From Desulfobulbus sp. (GTDB taxonomy: Bacteria > Desulfobacterota > Desulfobulbia > Desulfobulbales > Desulfobulbaceae), in assembly GCA_041622895.1 (NCBI GenBank), contig JBFJXW010000001.1, forward strand, positions 1,567 through 65,566: 64,000 nt of DNA. The letters are read 5' to 3'. Shown here one piece after another: positions 10,133-19,608 of the stretch. Below the pieces are notes generated by a model that saw only the letters and a program-made list of their open reading frames with translations, was not told where the DNA came from and made no database searches. Position 1 is the stretch's first letter, and the number at the start of each line of letters is the position of its first letter. The translations under genes and the position numbers were made by a program.

Positions 10133-11329
10133 TCAGGCGATCCCGTCCAGCACCTGGCAGAGCTTGTCAATCAGCATATCGATTTCCTCATGACTGACGA
10201 TAAGCGGCGGGACAAACCGCAACACCCGGTTGCCGGCAAAATTGATCAACACGCCTTGTTCAAAAAGGTGCTGGACAATGGCCAGCCCGTGCTCGATCCC
10301 TTTTTCGGTCAGCACCAGCCCAAGCAGCAGCCCGCGCCCTCGAACGCCGGTGGCCAGATGCGGATAACGTTCGGCCACGCCCTGGAGTTTATCAACGAAA
10401 TACCGACTCTTTTCCCGCACCGACTCCAAAAATCCGTCGGCCAGCATAATCTTCAGGACCTCAACCGCCCCTGCAGCGGCAACCGGATTACCGCCGAACG
10501 TGGAGGCATGGCTGCCGGCGACAAGCGATGCGGCAATCTCCTTGGTGGTCAGCATGGCGCCAATGGGCAGGCCATTGCCCAGCGCTTTGGCCAGAGTCAT
10601 GATATCCGGTGTCACTCCCAGTTGTTCATGGGCAAAAAGCGTACCGGTGCGTCCCAAACCGGTCTGCACCTCGTCAAAAATCAACAGCAATCCGTGCCGA
10701 TCGCACATATCGCGAATGGCGTGCAGGTACTCGGGTTCCAGCGGCCGCACGCCGCTTTCTCCTTGCAGCGGTTCGCAGAGGATGGCGCAGGTCTGCGGGG
10801 TGATCAATGCCTCAAGGGTTTGCGGATCGCCGAATTGCGCGTGAACAAAGCCCTGCGGCAGCGGTTCGAAGCCCTGATGAAAGCGGGGCTGGCCGGTAGC
10901 GGCAACGGTTGCCAAGGTTCGGCCGTGGAAAGACCCGGACAACGAAATGATCTCGAATTTTCCTGGCGCACTGTGGATTCGAGCCAGCTTAATGGCCGCC
11001 TCGTTGGCTTCCGCCCCGCTGTTGCCCATGAAGACCCGGTCGGCAAAACAATGACGGGTGAGCAGTTCCGCCAACTCAATCTGCGGCGGCGTATGGAACA
11101 GATTGGAAACATGGACCAGGGAACCCGCCTGGCGACAGATCGCCTCTGTTACCTGTGGATGACAATGTCCCAGCGAACAGACCGCAATGCCGGCGAGAAA
11201 ATCGAGATACTCCTTACCGTCCGCATCCCAAAGCCTGCACCCGCTCCCTTTTACCATTGCAGCCGGAAACCGGTTATAGGTACCGACAAACACCTCTTCC
11301 CCCCTGGCTGCCCATTCAGCGTTGCTCAT
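10133..11329 (-). CDS. argD: acetylornithine aminotransferase
   Basis: 398 aa class-III aminotransferase (GNSGAEANE..., [21 protein letters not shown]). Sits inside the arg cluster. Confidence 0.93.
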   Translation of the reverse strand: MSNAEWAARGEEVFVGTYNRFPAAMVKGSGCRLWDADGKEYLDFLAGIAVCSLGHCHPQVTEAICRQAGSLVHVSNLFHTPPQIELAELLTRHCFADRVFMGNSGAEANEAAIKLARIHSAPGKFEIISLSGSFHGRTLATVAATGQPRFHQGFEPLPQGFVHAQFGDPQTLEALITPQTCAILCEPLQGESGVRPLEPEYLHAIRDMCDRHGLLLIFDEVQTGLGRTGTLFAHEQLGVTPDIMTLAKALGNGLPIGAMLTTKEIAASLVAGSHASTFGGNPVAAAGAVEVLKIMLADGFLESVREKSRYFVDKLQGVAERYPHLATGVRGRGLLLGLVLTEKGIEHGLAIVQHLFEQGVLINFAGNRVLRFVPPLIVSHEEIDMLIDKLCQVLDGIA

Positions 11330-12213
11330 GCCACCAACTCCGTCCCGATACCTTTGCGGGTAAAAATTTCCAGTAATATTGCATGTTCCTGCCGGCCGTC
11401 AATAATGTGCGCCTTGGTCACGCCGCCATCCAGCGCTGATTTGCAGCAGTTGACTTTGGGGATCATTCCGCCTTGAATCACTCCGGCCTTGATGAGATCA
11501 TCGATCTGGTCGCGATAGATGGTGGAGATCAACTCACCCTTGCTGTTTTTCACCCCTTCCACATCGGTGAGCAGCATCAGCTTGACCGCATTTAACTCGG
11601 CGGCAATGGCCCCGGCTACCAGATCGGCGTTGATATTAAACGCCTGCCCATCTTCGCCTACTCCGACGGGAGCGATAACCGGTATAAAATCTTCGCGGTC
11701 CAGGACGGAAAGAATCTCCGGATTAATGCGGGTCACTTCGCCGACCCTGCCAATATCAATGAGTTCCGGGGGCCGGTCCTCACCGGTGGACTTGCCGTGG
11801 AGAGACAACTTGCGAGCCTGCACCAGGTCGCCATCTCGGCCGGAAAGGCCGACAGCTTTTCCGCCGCAATGGTTGATCAGGCCGACAATTTCCTTGTTGA
11901 CCTTGCCCACCAAGACCATCTCCACCACATCCATGGTTTCACCGTCGGTCACCCGCATCCCCTGAACATAGCTGGGGGTAATCTGCATCTTCTCCAGGAA
12001 ACGGTTGATCTGCGGCCCGCCGCCATGGACGATGACCGGATTGATACCGATATATTTCATCAAGATGATGTCCAGAGCGAAGTTTCGCTTCAGCACCTCA
12101 TCAACCATGGCATGCCCGCCGTATTTAATAACCACCGTTTTTTCCCTGAACTCACTGATAAACGGCAGCGATTCAACAAGCACTTTAGCCTTTGCGACTT
12201 CTTCATGTAGCAT
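11326..12213 (-). CDS. argB: acetylglutamate kinase
   Basis: 295 aa. [17 protein letters not shown] and NINAD motifs. 4-nt overlap with argD. Confidence 0.95.
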   Translation of the reverse strand: MLHEEVAKAKVLVESLPFISEFREKTVVIKYGGHAMVDEVLKRNFALDIILMKYIGINPVIVHGGGPQINRFLEKMQITPSYVQGMRVTDGETMDVVEMVLVGKVNKEIVGLINHCGGKAVGLSGRDGDLVQARKLSLHGKSTGEDRPPELIDIGRVGEVTRINPEILSVLDREDFIPVIAPVGVGEDGQAFNINADLVAGAIAAELNAVKLMLLTDVEGVKNSKGELISTIYRDQIDDLIKAGVIQGGMIPKVNCCKSALDGGVTKAHIIDGRQEHAILLEIFTRKGIGTELVA

Positions 12214-12456
12214 TTTCCCGTTCCCCCACGTTCCGCGCCCCTTACCGTTGCAGGCGATTTGAAAAAAATTATTTTACTCCTGCTTTAACCCCATGTAAAC
12301 CTTTCTATTTCTTGTTTCGGTAAAAAGGAACGGTATCCTCGGACCTAACCTCTTTACATTTTTTTGATAACACAGTACTATCCTCTTGATCCTTGCAATA
12401 AACAATCCTGAACCAGCAACAATACTATTTTCACTTGAATTTCTGAGGACATACCC

Positions 12457-12990
12457 ATGTGGCATTTCCTTGCTGCCGCACATCGAATCCTGCTGATAAC
12501 CGTCATTAGCCTTCTCGGTTTTGCAGCAACCTGCGGTGCAGCAACCAACAACGCGTCGGAACCGATTAACATCGAAGCCAACCGAATGATTTCCCAGGAA
12601 AATAAAAACACCGTCGTCTTCATCGGCAAGGTTGATGCACGCCAGGGAAACCTCACCATCCGCTCTGATGAAATGACCGTTTACTATACCGAAAAGAAAA
12701 ACGGTACCAGCAAGCAAGCCACCAGCCAGATGGAAAAACTCATCTGTAAAAACAACGTCAAAATCACTCAGGGCGACTGGCTGGGAACCGGCGACCGCAT
12801 GGATTACTTTGCCAAGGAGCGCAAGGTTATTCTGTCCGGCAATGCCAAGGCCTGGCAGGGCAAGAACATGGTCTCCGGCAAGACCATCGTCTATTACCTG
12901 GACGAAAAACGATCGGTCGTTGAACAAGACGAAACCTCAAAAGGCAGAGTCAGGGCTATCATCCATCCGGAATCCAAGAAAAAGCCATGA
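12457..12990 (+). CDS. lptA: LPS transport periplasmic protein LptA (OstA-like)
   Basis: 177 aa. Signal peptide, repeated ...I.A(N/D)RM...GN(V/A)...QG... beta-jellyroll pattern. Overlaps lptB by 4 nt. Confidence 0.85.
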   Translation: MWHFLAAAHRILLITVISLLGFAATCGAATNNASEPINIEANRMISQENKNTVVFIGKVDARQGNLTIRSDEMTVYYTEKKNGTSKQATSQMEKLICKNNVKITQGDWLGTGDRMDYFAKERKVILSGNAKAWQGKNMVSGKTIVYYLDEKRSVVEQDETSKGRVRAIIHPESKKKP

Positions 12991-13718
12991 CCAAACCATC
13001 TGTCCTCGAAACCAGGGCCATCGTCAAAGAATATCAGCACCGGCGGGTTGTCGATCAGGTCAGCCTACAGGTCAAGAGTTCCTCCGTAGTTGGACTGCTG
13101 GGGCCGAACGGTGCTGGAAAAACCACCACCTTTTATTCGATTGTCGGTTTTGTCCGCCCTACCAGTGGTGCTATTTTTCTGGACGAGGAAGATATCACCG
13201 CCCTCCCCATTCATAAACGAGCCTCCCGCGGTATTACCTATCTGGCCCAGGAACCCTCGGTCTTTAAAAAGCTGACGGTCGAGGAAAATATCCGAATCGT
13301 TCTTGAACCTCTGGGATTACCGCGAAATGAGATCAACAACCGAATTGAAGAACTTTTGGCGGAACTCAAACTCGAATACCTGGCCGGCAACAAAGGGCAC
13401 GCCCTTTCCGGAGGCGAGCGGCGACGTGTTGAAATCATCCGTGCCCTGGCAACCCGGCCACGGTTCATCCTCCTGGACGAACCATTCGCTGGAGTCGACC
13501 CCCTTTCGGTTGCCGACCTGCAGCAGATCATCCGCGATCTCAAGGAAAAAGGATTGGGGGTGCTTATTTCTGATCACAACGTCCGGGAGACCTTGCAGGT
13601 CTGCGATTTCGCCTATATCATGAACAGCGGTCAGATTTTGACCAGCGGCGTGGCAAATGATATCATTGAAAGCGCAGTAGCCCGCAAAATGTACCTCGGT
13701 GCCAATTTCCACATGTAA
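12987..13718 (+). CDS. lptB: LPS export ABC transporter ATPase
   Basis: 243 aa. Walker A GPNGAGKTT, signature LSGGERRRVEI, Walker B ILLDEPFAG. Sits directly upstream of rpoN. Confidence 0.95.
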   Translation: MTKPSVLETRAIVKEYQHRRVVDQVSLQVKSSSVVGLLGPNGAGKTTTFYSIVGFVRPTSGAIFLDEEDITALPIHKRASRGITYLAQEPSVFKKLTVEENIRIVLEPLGLPRNEINNRIEELLAELKLEYLAGNKGHALSGGERRRVEIIRALATRPRFILLDEPFAGVDPLSVADLQQIIRDLKEKGLGVLISDHNVRETLQVCDFAYIMNSGQILTSGVANDIIESAVARKMYLGANFHM

Positions 13719-13784
13719 CAGCCAAGGATCGTACGCCGAACCTCGGTGTATCAAAACCAACACATGAAACAAACTCGATAAGGC

Positions 13785-15242
13785 ATGGCACTTGAACTCA
13801 GACAGAGCCTAAAGCTCGCACAAAAACTGGTAATGACGCCGCAGCTGCGTCAGGCTATCAAGTTGTTGCAGCTTGGTCGTCTTGAGCTCACAGAAGCCCT
13901 GCAGGCCGAAATTGAACAGAACCCCATGCTGGAGGAGGTTGTACCTCCGCTCGAGCAGCCAACAAACCCGGAAGCCCTGAGCGCTGAAGAAAATCCCTAT
14001 CAGCCCGAAGCCCCGGTTACTGACAGCATCAAGGGCGATGACCCAACAACCGTGGGCGAGGTCAACTGGGAGGACTATTCCAACAATTTCGATTCGGATT
14101 TTTCCTTTGCCCACGAAACACCGCCGGCGGATGCTCCGTCCCAGTTCGATTTCATTTCCGCGACGCCCGGCCTGGCCTCTTATCTGCAATGGCAGCTGAC
14201 CCACCTGGATTTGACCGAACGGGATATTGAACAAACCGAATTTATTATCGGCAACCTCGATGGCCACGGGTTTTTCGAGGCCTCCATCGACGATATCTGT
14301 CAATTTTGCCACTGCACCGAAGAAGAAGCAGAGGGGGCCCTACGGCTGGTGCAAAGCCTCGACCCCGCAGGGATCGCGGCCCGGGACATTCGAGAATCCC
14401 TGCTGCTGCAGTTGGACCGTCTGGATTACTACGACACCCTGCCCTACCGGCTCGTCGAAGAGCACATGCATCTGCTCGAGACCAGAAACTATGCTCAAAT
14501 GGCGCGGGAAACCGGCGCACCGCTGAAAAAAATCACCGAGGCGGTTGCAGTCATTCAGGAGCTGACCCCCTATCCCGGCAACGAATTCAGCAACGAGCAG
14601 ACGAATTACGTCATCCCCGATGTCTATATCCACAAAATCGATGGTGAATTCATCATCCAGCTTAACGATGACGGACTGCCGCAGTTGCAGATTTCCAGCG
14701 AATACAATCAATTGCTCAAGCAAAGGAAAGCCCTGCCCCCGGAATCGCGTGGTTACCTGCGAGAGAGCAAAAGAAATGCCGAGTGGTTCATTAAATCGAT
14801 CGAGCAACGTCAGCGGACCATTTACAAAGTGGTGGAAAGTCTGCTGAAATTCCAGCGTGAATTCTTTGAACACGGATCAGGCTCCATGCGGCCCCTGATT
14901 TTGCGGGATGTGGCCGAAGATATCGGCATGCACGAATCCACCGTCAGTCGCGTCACCTCCAACAAATACGTCCATACGCCCCAGGGGATTTACGAGTTGA
15001 AATATTTTTTCAGCACTGCAGTGGCGACTTCCGACGGCGACACAGTGGCGGCAGAAGCGATCAAAACCCGCATCCGACAGCTGGTGAGCAACGAGAACCC
15101 GGCAAAACCGCTCAGCGACAACAAAATTTCCGAACTGCTGGCCAAGGAAAACATCACCGTCGCCCGGCGCACTGTCGCCAAATATAGGGATCAGTTAAAG
15201 ATACTGCCGGTAAAACATCGCCGACAGATACAATTGAGCTGA
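13785..15242 (+). CDS. rpoN: RNA polymerase sigma-54 factor
   Basis: 485 aa. N-terminal Gln/Leu-rich region I (LKLAQKLVMTPQLRQAIKLLQL) and C-terminal RpoN box ARRTVAKYR. Confidence 0.97.
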   Translation: MALELRQSLKLAQKLVMTPQLRQAIKLLQLGRLELTEALQAEIEQNPMLEEVVPPLEQPTNPEALSAEENPYQPEAPVTDSIKGDDPTTVGEVNWEDYSNNFDSDFSFAHETPPADAPSQFDFISATPGLASYLQWQLTHLDLTERDIEQTEFIIGNLDGHGFFEASIDDICQFCHCTEEEAEGALRLVQSLDPAGIAARDIRESLLLQLDRLDYYDTLPYRLVEEHMHLLETRNYAQMARETGAPLKKITEAVAVIQELTPYPGNEFSNEQTNYVIPDVYIHKIDGEFIIQLNDDGLPQLQISSEYNQLLKQRKALPPESRGYLRESKRNAEWFIKSIEQRQRTIYKVVESLLKFQREFFEHGSGSMRPLILRDVAEDIGMHESTVSRVTSNKYVHTPQGIYELKYFFSTAVATSDGDTVAAEAIKTRIRQLVSNENPAKPLSDNKISELLAKENITVARRTVAKYRDQLKILPVKHRRQIQLS

Positions 15243-15251
15243 ACAGAGGCT

Positions 15252-15704
15252 ATGCTTCAGCTGAAGAAAGAAACCATTATCATGGACATGAAGGCCGCCA
15301 GCAAGGAGGGCGCCCTCCGGGAACTGGCCGCTCGAGCGGCCGTACAATGCGGCCGTTTCACCGAGGAAATTCTCTATAACGTCCTGCTGGAACGTGAAGC
15401 CGTGGGTTCGACCGGAGTCGGCAACGGAGTGGCCATACCCCACGGCAAGATCGAAGGACTGGATGAGATCACCCTCTGCTTCGGCCGTAGCAGAACGGGC
15501 CTTCCTTTTGATGCGATCGACAAACAACCGGTCCACCTCTTTGTCCTGATGATTTCACCAGCCAGCAAGGCCGGAGAATATTTACAGGCCCTGGCCCAGG
15601 TCAGCAAAATCCTCAAAAAAAGCACCAACCGTCAGTATTTGCTCGACTGTAAAAACTGGGAAGAAGTCGCCGCTTTGTTCGCCGCAACTCCGGGCCAGGC
15701 CTGA
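15252..15704 (+). CDS. ptsN: PTS IIA-Ntr nitrogen regulatory protein
   Basis: 150 aa. Active-site block TGVGNGVAIPHGK. Immediately downstream of rpoN. Confidence 0.88.
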   Translation: MLQLKKETIIMDMKAASKEGALRELAARAAVQCGRFTEEILYNVLLEREAVGSTGVGNGVAIPHGKIEGLDEITLCFGRSRTGLPFDAIDKQPVHLFVLMISPASKAGEYLQALAQVSKILKKSTNRQYLLDCKNWEEVAALFAATPGQA

Positions 15705-15759
15705 CGGTACAAGCGCGGCCCGGTTTGCGTGGCATGGACGTCGGAAGCGATCAATCAGG

Positions 15760-17160
15760 TCAAGTCCGGATCATCTCCGCGATCTGGAAGGCCATTTCCA
15801 GCGATTGCTCTGCATTGAGCCGCGGATCGCAGGTCGTCAGGTAACGTAGCCCCAACTGATCCCCCGAAAGCTGACGAGCCCCGCCGATACATTCGGTGAC
15901 ATCATCGCCGGTTAATTCAAAATGAACCCCGCCGGGGATGGTGCCCTCCACCCAATTCAGCTCAAAAAAGCACCGTAATTCCGAAAGAATATTTTCAAAA
16001 TCCCGGGTTTTATGACCGGAATCGGCACTGAAGGTATTGGCGTGCATCGGATCGCAGGTCCACAACACCTGCAGGCCGGCATTCTTTACCGCCCGCAACA
16101 GCGGCGGCAGATGCTTTTCGATGGCCTTGAAGCCGAAACGGGTAATCAGGGTCATGCGACCAGGCTCGTTTTCAGGATTCAGCCGCTCGATGATCGACAG
16201 GATATCGTCAATCTGGTAATTCGGTCCCACTTTCATCCCCAAGGGGTTACGCACCCCGCGGAGAAATTCAATATGGGCACCATCAATCTGCCGCGTCCGA
16301 TCGCCGATCCACAGCATATGGCCGGAACAATCGTACCACCCGCCGGCAATGGAATCTTCACGGGTCAGGGCCTCTTCGTAGCCTAAAAACAGGGCCTCAT
16401 GCGAGGTATAGAACTGCGCCTCTTTCAGCTGGGGTATATCAGTGGAAATGCCGATGGTTTCCATGAATTTCAAGGCATTGCTGATCTGCTTCGCCATCCG
16501 CTCATACGAGCGTCCCATGGGTGATTTCTTGACAAACTCCTGATTCCAGGCTTGAACCCGGTGCAGGGAACTGAAACCGCCACGGGTAAAGGCGCGCAGC
16601 AGATTCATGGTCGCCGCCGACAGATGATACCCTTTCAGCAGCCGCTCGGGATTTGGAATTCTGGCCTCCAGCAACGGGTCGGCGGAATTGGCCATATCGC
16701 CGCGGTAGCTGGGGATTTCCTTGCCGTTAACCATTTCGGTGTCGCTGGAACGTGGCTTGGCGTATTGCCCTGCGATACGGCCGACCTTGACCACAGGCTT
16801 GTTACCTGCGTAGGTAAGCACGACGGCCATCTGCAACAGCACCTTGAGGGTCTCTCGGATATTAGGCGCGGTGCAGCGGGAAAATTCTTCGGAACAATCA
16901 CCCCCCTGGAGCAGGAAGGCCTCTCCCTTGACCGCTTTGGCAAGCATGGCTTTCAGGTCACGAATCTCACCGGCGAAAACCAACGGCGGCAGCAAGGAAA
17001 GCGTCTGAATGATTTCTTCGTAATGCTCTTTATCCGGCCATTTCGGCTGCTGCAGGGCGTTGAAATTATGCCAGCTCGACTTGGTCCAGTTCTTCGTATT
17101 CATCGTCATCGTTTTCCGCGTTGTTGTTTCATAATATTTATTGCTGCTGTTTCCGGTCAT
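15760..17160 (-). CDS. class II (plant/actinobacterial-type) 3-deoxy-7-phosphoheptulonate synthase
   Basis: 466-aa ORF with W...F.A.QQP.WPD near the N-terminus, a ~450-aa length and the conserved C-terminal ...TCDPRLN... block typical of class II DAHPS. Several ATGs near the start, so the exact start is uncertain. Confidence 0.88.
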   Translation of the reverse strand: MTGNSSNKYYETTTRKTMTMNTKNWTKSSWHNFNALQQPKWPDKEHYEEIIQTLSLLPPLVFAGEIRDLKAMLAKAVKGEAFLLQGGDCSEEFSRCTAPNIRETLKVLLQMAVVLTYAGNKPVVKVGRIAGQYAKPRSSDTEMVNGKEIPSYRGDMANSADPLLEARIPNPERLLKGYHLSAATMNLLRAFTRGGFSSLHRVQAWNQEFVKKSPMGRSYERMAKQISNALKFMETIGISTDIPQLKEAQFYTSHEALFLGYEEALTREDSIAGGWYDCSGHMLWIGDRTRQIDGAHIEFLRGVRNPLGMKVGPNYQIDDILSIIERLNPENEPGRMTLITRFGFKAIEKHLPPLLRAVKNAGLQVLWTCDPMHANTFSADSGHKTRDFENILSELRCFFELNWVEGTIPGGVHFELTGDDVTECIGGARQLSGDQLGLRYLTTCDPRLNAEQSLEMAFQIAEMIRT

Positions 17161-17185
17161 CGATACGGGTGCCGGTCACGCTCCT

Positions 17186-17758
17186 TTATTGTTCTGCATC
17201 CGGCACGCAACGACTGCCCATGCAGCACACTTCCTGATCAAAAACATTGAGAATCCGCAAGGCCCTGTCACGCTGGACAGGATCGGCAAACGGTTCAAAA
17301 TCATATTCTTGCGACAGGGCTTCGGCCTGCTTTCGGTCGGGAATACACTCCATACCGACAGCCAGGACCTTACCGCGTGCCGTTTCGAGCAATTCAGCAT
17401 CCCGACCGTTGGTCACCACAGCCAAGGGGATGCGATACTCGGGATCCAGAATACGGGCCGCAGCAATCGCTGCTGTCTCCCGGGTCACCAGGGAACCGGG
17501 TCCATAGCGAAGAATAAACAGCCGCCGGCCATTAATCCGTATCGTCAGTTCAATCAGGGTTTGCGCTCGGTTGTCGTTGTAGCAGGAATCAATACGTAAC
17601 CGAGGTTCCAACTCTTCTTTTGCATAGCCGAGCTGTTCCACCAGCAAACGGGCCAATTCCTGCCGGATTCGTTCATCATCGGTATCAGGCAATGTTTCAC
17701 CAGTGAGATAGTCCCGCAACACACCGTAGACAATATGATGCCCTGAAGTATCAATCAT
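17186..17758 (-). CDS. HsdR N-terminal (PD-(D/E)xK-like) domain-containing small protein
   Basis: ~190 aa starting MIDTSGHHIVYGVLRDYLTGE...; resembles the stand-alone 'type I restriction enzyme HsdR N-terminal domain' proteins (from memory). The ORF-track start is a TTG; the internal ATG at 17758 is preferred. 25-nt gap to the DAHPS gene. Confidence 0.55.
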   Translation of the reverse strand: MIDTSGHHIVYGVLRDYLTGETLPDTDDERIRQELARLLVEQLGYAKEELEPRLRIDSCYNDNRAQTLIELTIRINGRRLFILRYGPGSLVTRETAAIAAARILDPEYRIPLAVVTNGRDAELLETARGKVLAVGMECIPDRKQAEALSQEYDFEPFADPVQRDRALRILNVFDQEVCCMGSRCVPDAEQ

Positions 17759-18115
17759 GGAGCAATCCTGAAAAAAACGTGTGGAAAACAGCCGGGATGA
17801 GGAACAATCGTTGCTGCGCACCAACCACCGACCCGTATTCCCCGCTCAAGCGGGCAAATATGACCCAAAAGCAGGCAGTAATCATGTAGGTAATCGCATA
17901 ACACTGGTTTTGTCAATCTCCAAATAGCACCACGGGCCAACAGGAATAACTCTGCGGATTGCCGGTTCGGCTGCGTTGTTTACCGGCTGCGGGGGCTGCT
18001 CTTGCGGAAACACTCGCCCTGGATGGAGAATCCGGGTATGTTTGCGGACTTGTTTTCGATCCGACGTTCCGGCGTTGCCCAAACGCCTCTTTGCAAATTT
18101 AGCCCTTTAATTTCC

Positions 18116-19051
18116 ATGACACCCCCATCCCTTGACCCCACCACCGATAAACAATGGCTGAAGATTACTCTGCTCTGCCCTCTGCCGCTGCTCGAATCAG
18201 CCGCAGATCTGATGGCCGTGCTCAGCGGGACCGGGGTGGAACAGACCCCCGAAACCGCATCCGGCGCCTATATCAGCGGTTTTTTTCAGCTGGCTGCAAG
18301 CAGCAATGACGACCAGGCAATCCCAAAAACCGCTGACCAGATTCTAGAACAGGTGCACGAGCAGATGAGCGAGCTTTTTGCTCTCTACAACTGCACACCG
18401 GAACAACCGACGACCACCTTGCTCGCCGATGAGGACTGGGCCATCAGTTGGCAGCAATATTTCAAACCGTTTGAGATCGTTCCCGGCCTGGTAATCAAAC
18501 CTTCCTGGGAAGACTACCAGCGGGAACCAGGGCAGCATATTCTTGAACTGGATCCCGGAATGGCCTTTGGCACCGGCCAACATGCTTCGACCCGAATGGC
18601 ACTTGCCTTTATTGCCCAATGCATGCGGGAACAGACGGCGCGATCAGTGCTGGATGTCGGCACCGGCACCGGTATCCTGGCCATGGCTGCCGCCCTTTTC
18701 GGCGCCGAACGGATTATTGCTATCGATAACGACCCGGATGCGGTGACCGTGGCGCGAGAAAATATCGAAAAAAATCGGCTTGACACACGAATCGAAACCA
18801 GCACCACTCCGGTTGAAGAGATCCAGGAATCGTACCAACTGGTCTGCGCAAACATTGTTCATGATGTGCTGGTGACCATGGCCCCGGTCGTAACGAGACT
18901 GACCGCACCCGGCGGTCACTTGATTCTGGCCGGAATTCTCAGCGGCGAGCAGGAGAAAAACATCATAGCCGTTTATGCACAAGCGGGCATGACCCTTCGC
19001 GACCGGCAGTATCAGGATGAATGGGTGGCACTGTTGCTGACACGCCCATAA
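18116..19051 (+). CDS. prmA: ribosomal protein L11 methyltransferase
   Basis: WLKITL... N-domain, GMAFGTGQHASTRM and SAM motif VLDVGTGTGILA. Start set to the ATG at 18116 (the ORF-track start adds 38 residues). Confidence 0.92.
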   Translation: MTPPSLDPTTDKQWLKITLLCPLPLLESAADLMAVLSGTGVEQTPETASGAYISGFFQLAASSNDDQAIPKTADQILEQVHEQMSELFALYNCTPEQPTTTLLADEDWAISWQQYFKPFEIVPGLVIKPSWEDYQREPGQHILELDPGMAFGTGQHASTRMALAFIAQCMREQTARSVLDVGTGTGILAMAAALFGAERIIAIDNDPDAVTVARENIEKNRLDTRIETSTTPVEEIQESYQLVCANIVHDVLVTMAPVVTRLTAPGGHLILAGILSGEQEKNIIAVYAQAGMTLRDRQYQDEWVALLLTRP

Positions 19052-19224
19052 TGGCATGTGTCAACCCACACCCCGGCTGTTCGCCCCTGACCGGAAAAAA
19101 AGAAGCGGACCCAAAGGAACCGCAACTTTTTCTTGACGGCCGGAAAACTGTATGCTAATTAGCCAATCTCCAAATGGACATGACTTTTTTCGAAAGTGAT
19201 GACCATTTTTGCTGCGAGTTGCAT

Positions 19225-19300
19225 TCCTCGGTAGCTCAGTTGGTAGAGCAGGTGGCTGTTAACCACCCTGTCGGCGGTTCGAGTCCGTCCCGAGGAGCCA
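19225..19300 (+). tRNA. tRNA-Asn (anticodon GTT)
   Basis: Manual cloverleaf, 76 nt. Acceptor TCCTCGG/CCGAGGA, D-arm GCTC..GAGC, anticodon stem GGTGG/CCACC with loop CTGTTAA, T-arm GGCGG-TTCGAGT-CCGTC, encoded CCA. Confidence 0.93.
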
Positions 19301-19338
19301 AAAATTATTCCGTCGTCTTCGGCGGTTGCTGTTAATAC

Positions 19339-19368
19339 AAAACCCCGTGGGATCTCTCACGGGGTTTT
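19339..19368 (+). terminator. intrinsic terminator after tRNA-Asn
   Basis: CCCCGTG (19343-19349) / CACGGGG (19358-19364) hairpin followed by TTTT. Confidence 0.6.
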
Positions 19369-19608
19369 GCTGTTTCTATACACCCCTCACCCCGTGCAGT
19401 CAGTGATTGCTGTATCCGGCAATACAACGAACCCCAATGTTCGCCTGCCAGGTCAATCAGCGAGGAAAGGGGGAAGGAGTCGAAACATCTCTCCCATGCA
19501 CGCATCCGCATCCTTTCCAAAACGGTCTCTTCACGACCGATACCCCCGATAATCGCATGCTCTGCGCGGCATGAACACCATTCGCTGTACGCAGACCCCT
19601 CGAATAGA

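Noticed and set aside
12274-12927. 217-aa minus-strand ORF overlapping lptA. Likewise 33349-34182 opposite the GntR gene, 37703-38593 opposite the ProX-like gene, and 35881-36738 and 36781-37344 opposite betB.
   Set aside because: The plus-strand genes have clear homology, signal peptides and SD sequences. The antisense translations have no motifs and no plausible start context.
17914-19175. Identical 12-mer CAATCTCCAAAT in the spacers on both sides of prmA (17914-17925 and 19164-19175).
   Set aside because: Roughly a hundred chance 12-mer matches are expected in 64 kb. The flanks do not extend the similarity, so there is no evidence for a repeat element.
19225-19608. tRNA-Asn as a possible integration hotspot or genomic-island border.
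   Set aside because: There is no integrase, direct repeat of the tRNA 3' end, or mobile gene downstream. The next genes (Na/Pi cotransporter, prfC) are housekeeping, and a normal terminator follows the tRNA.
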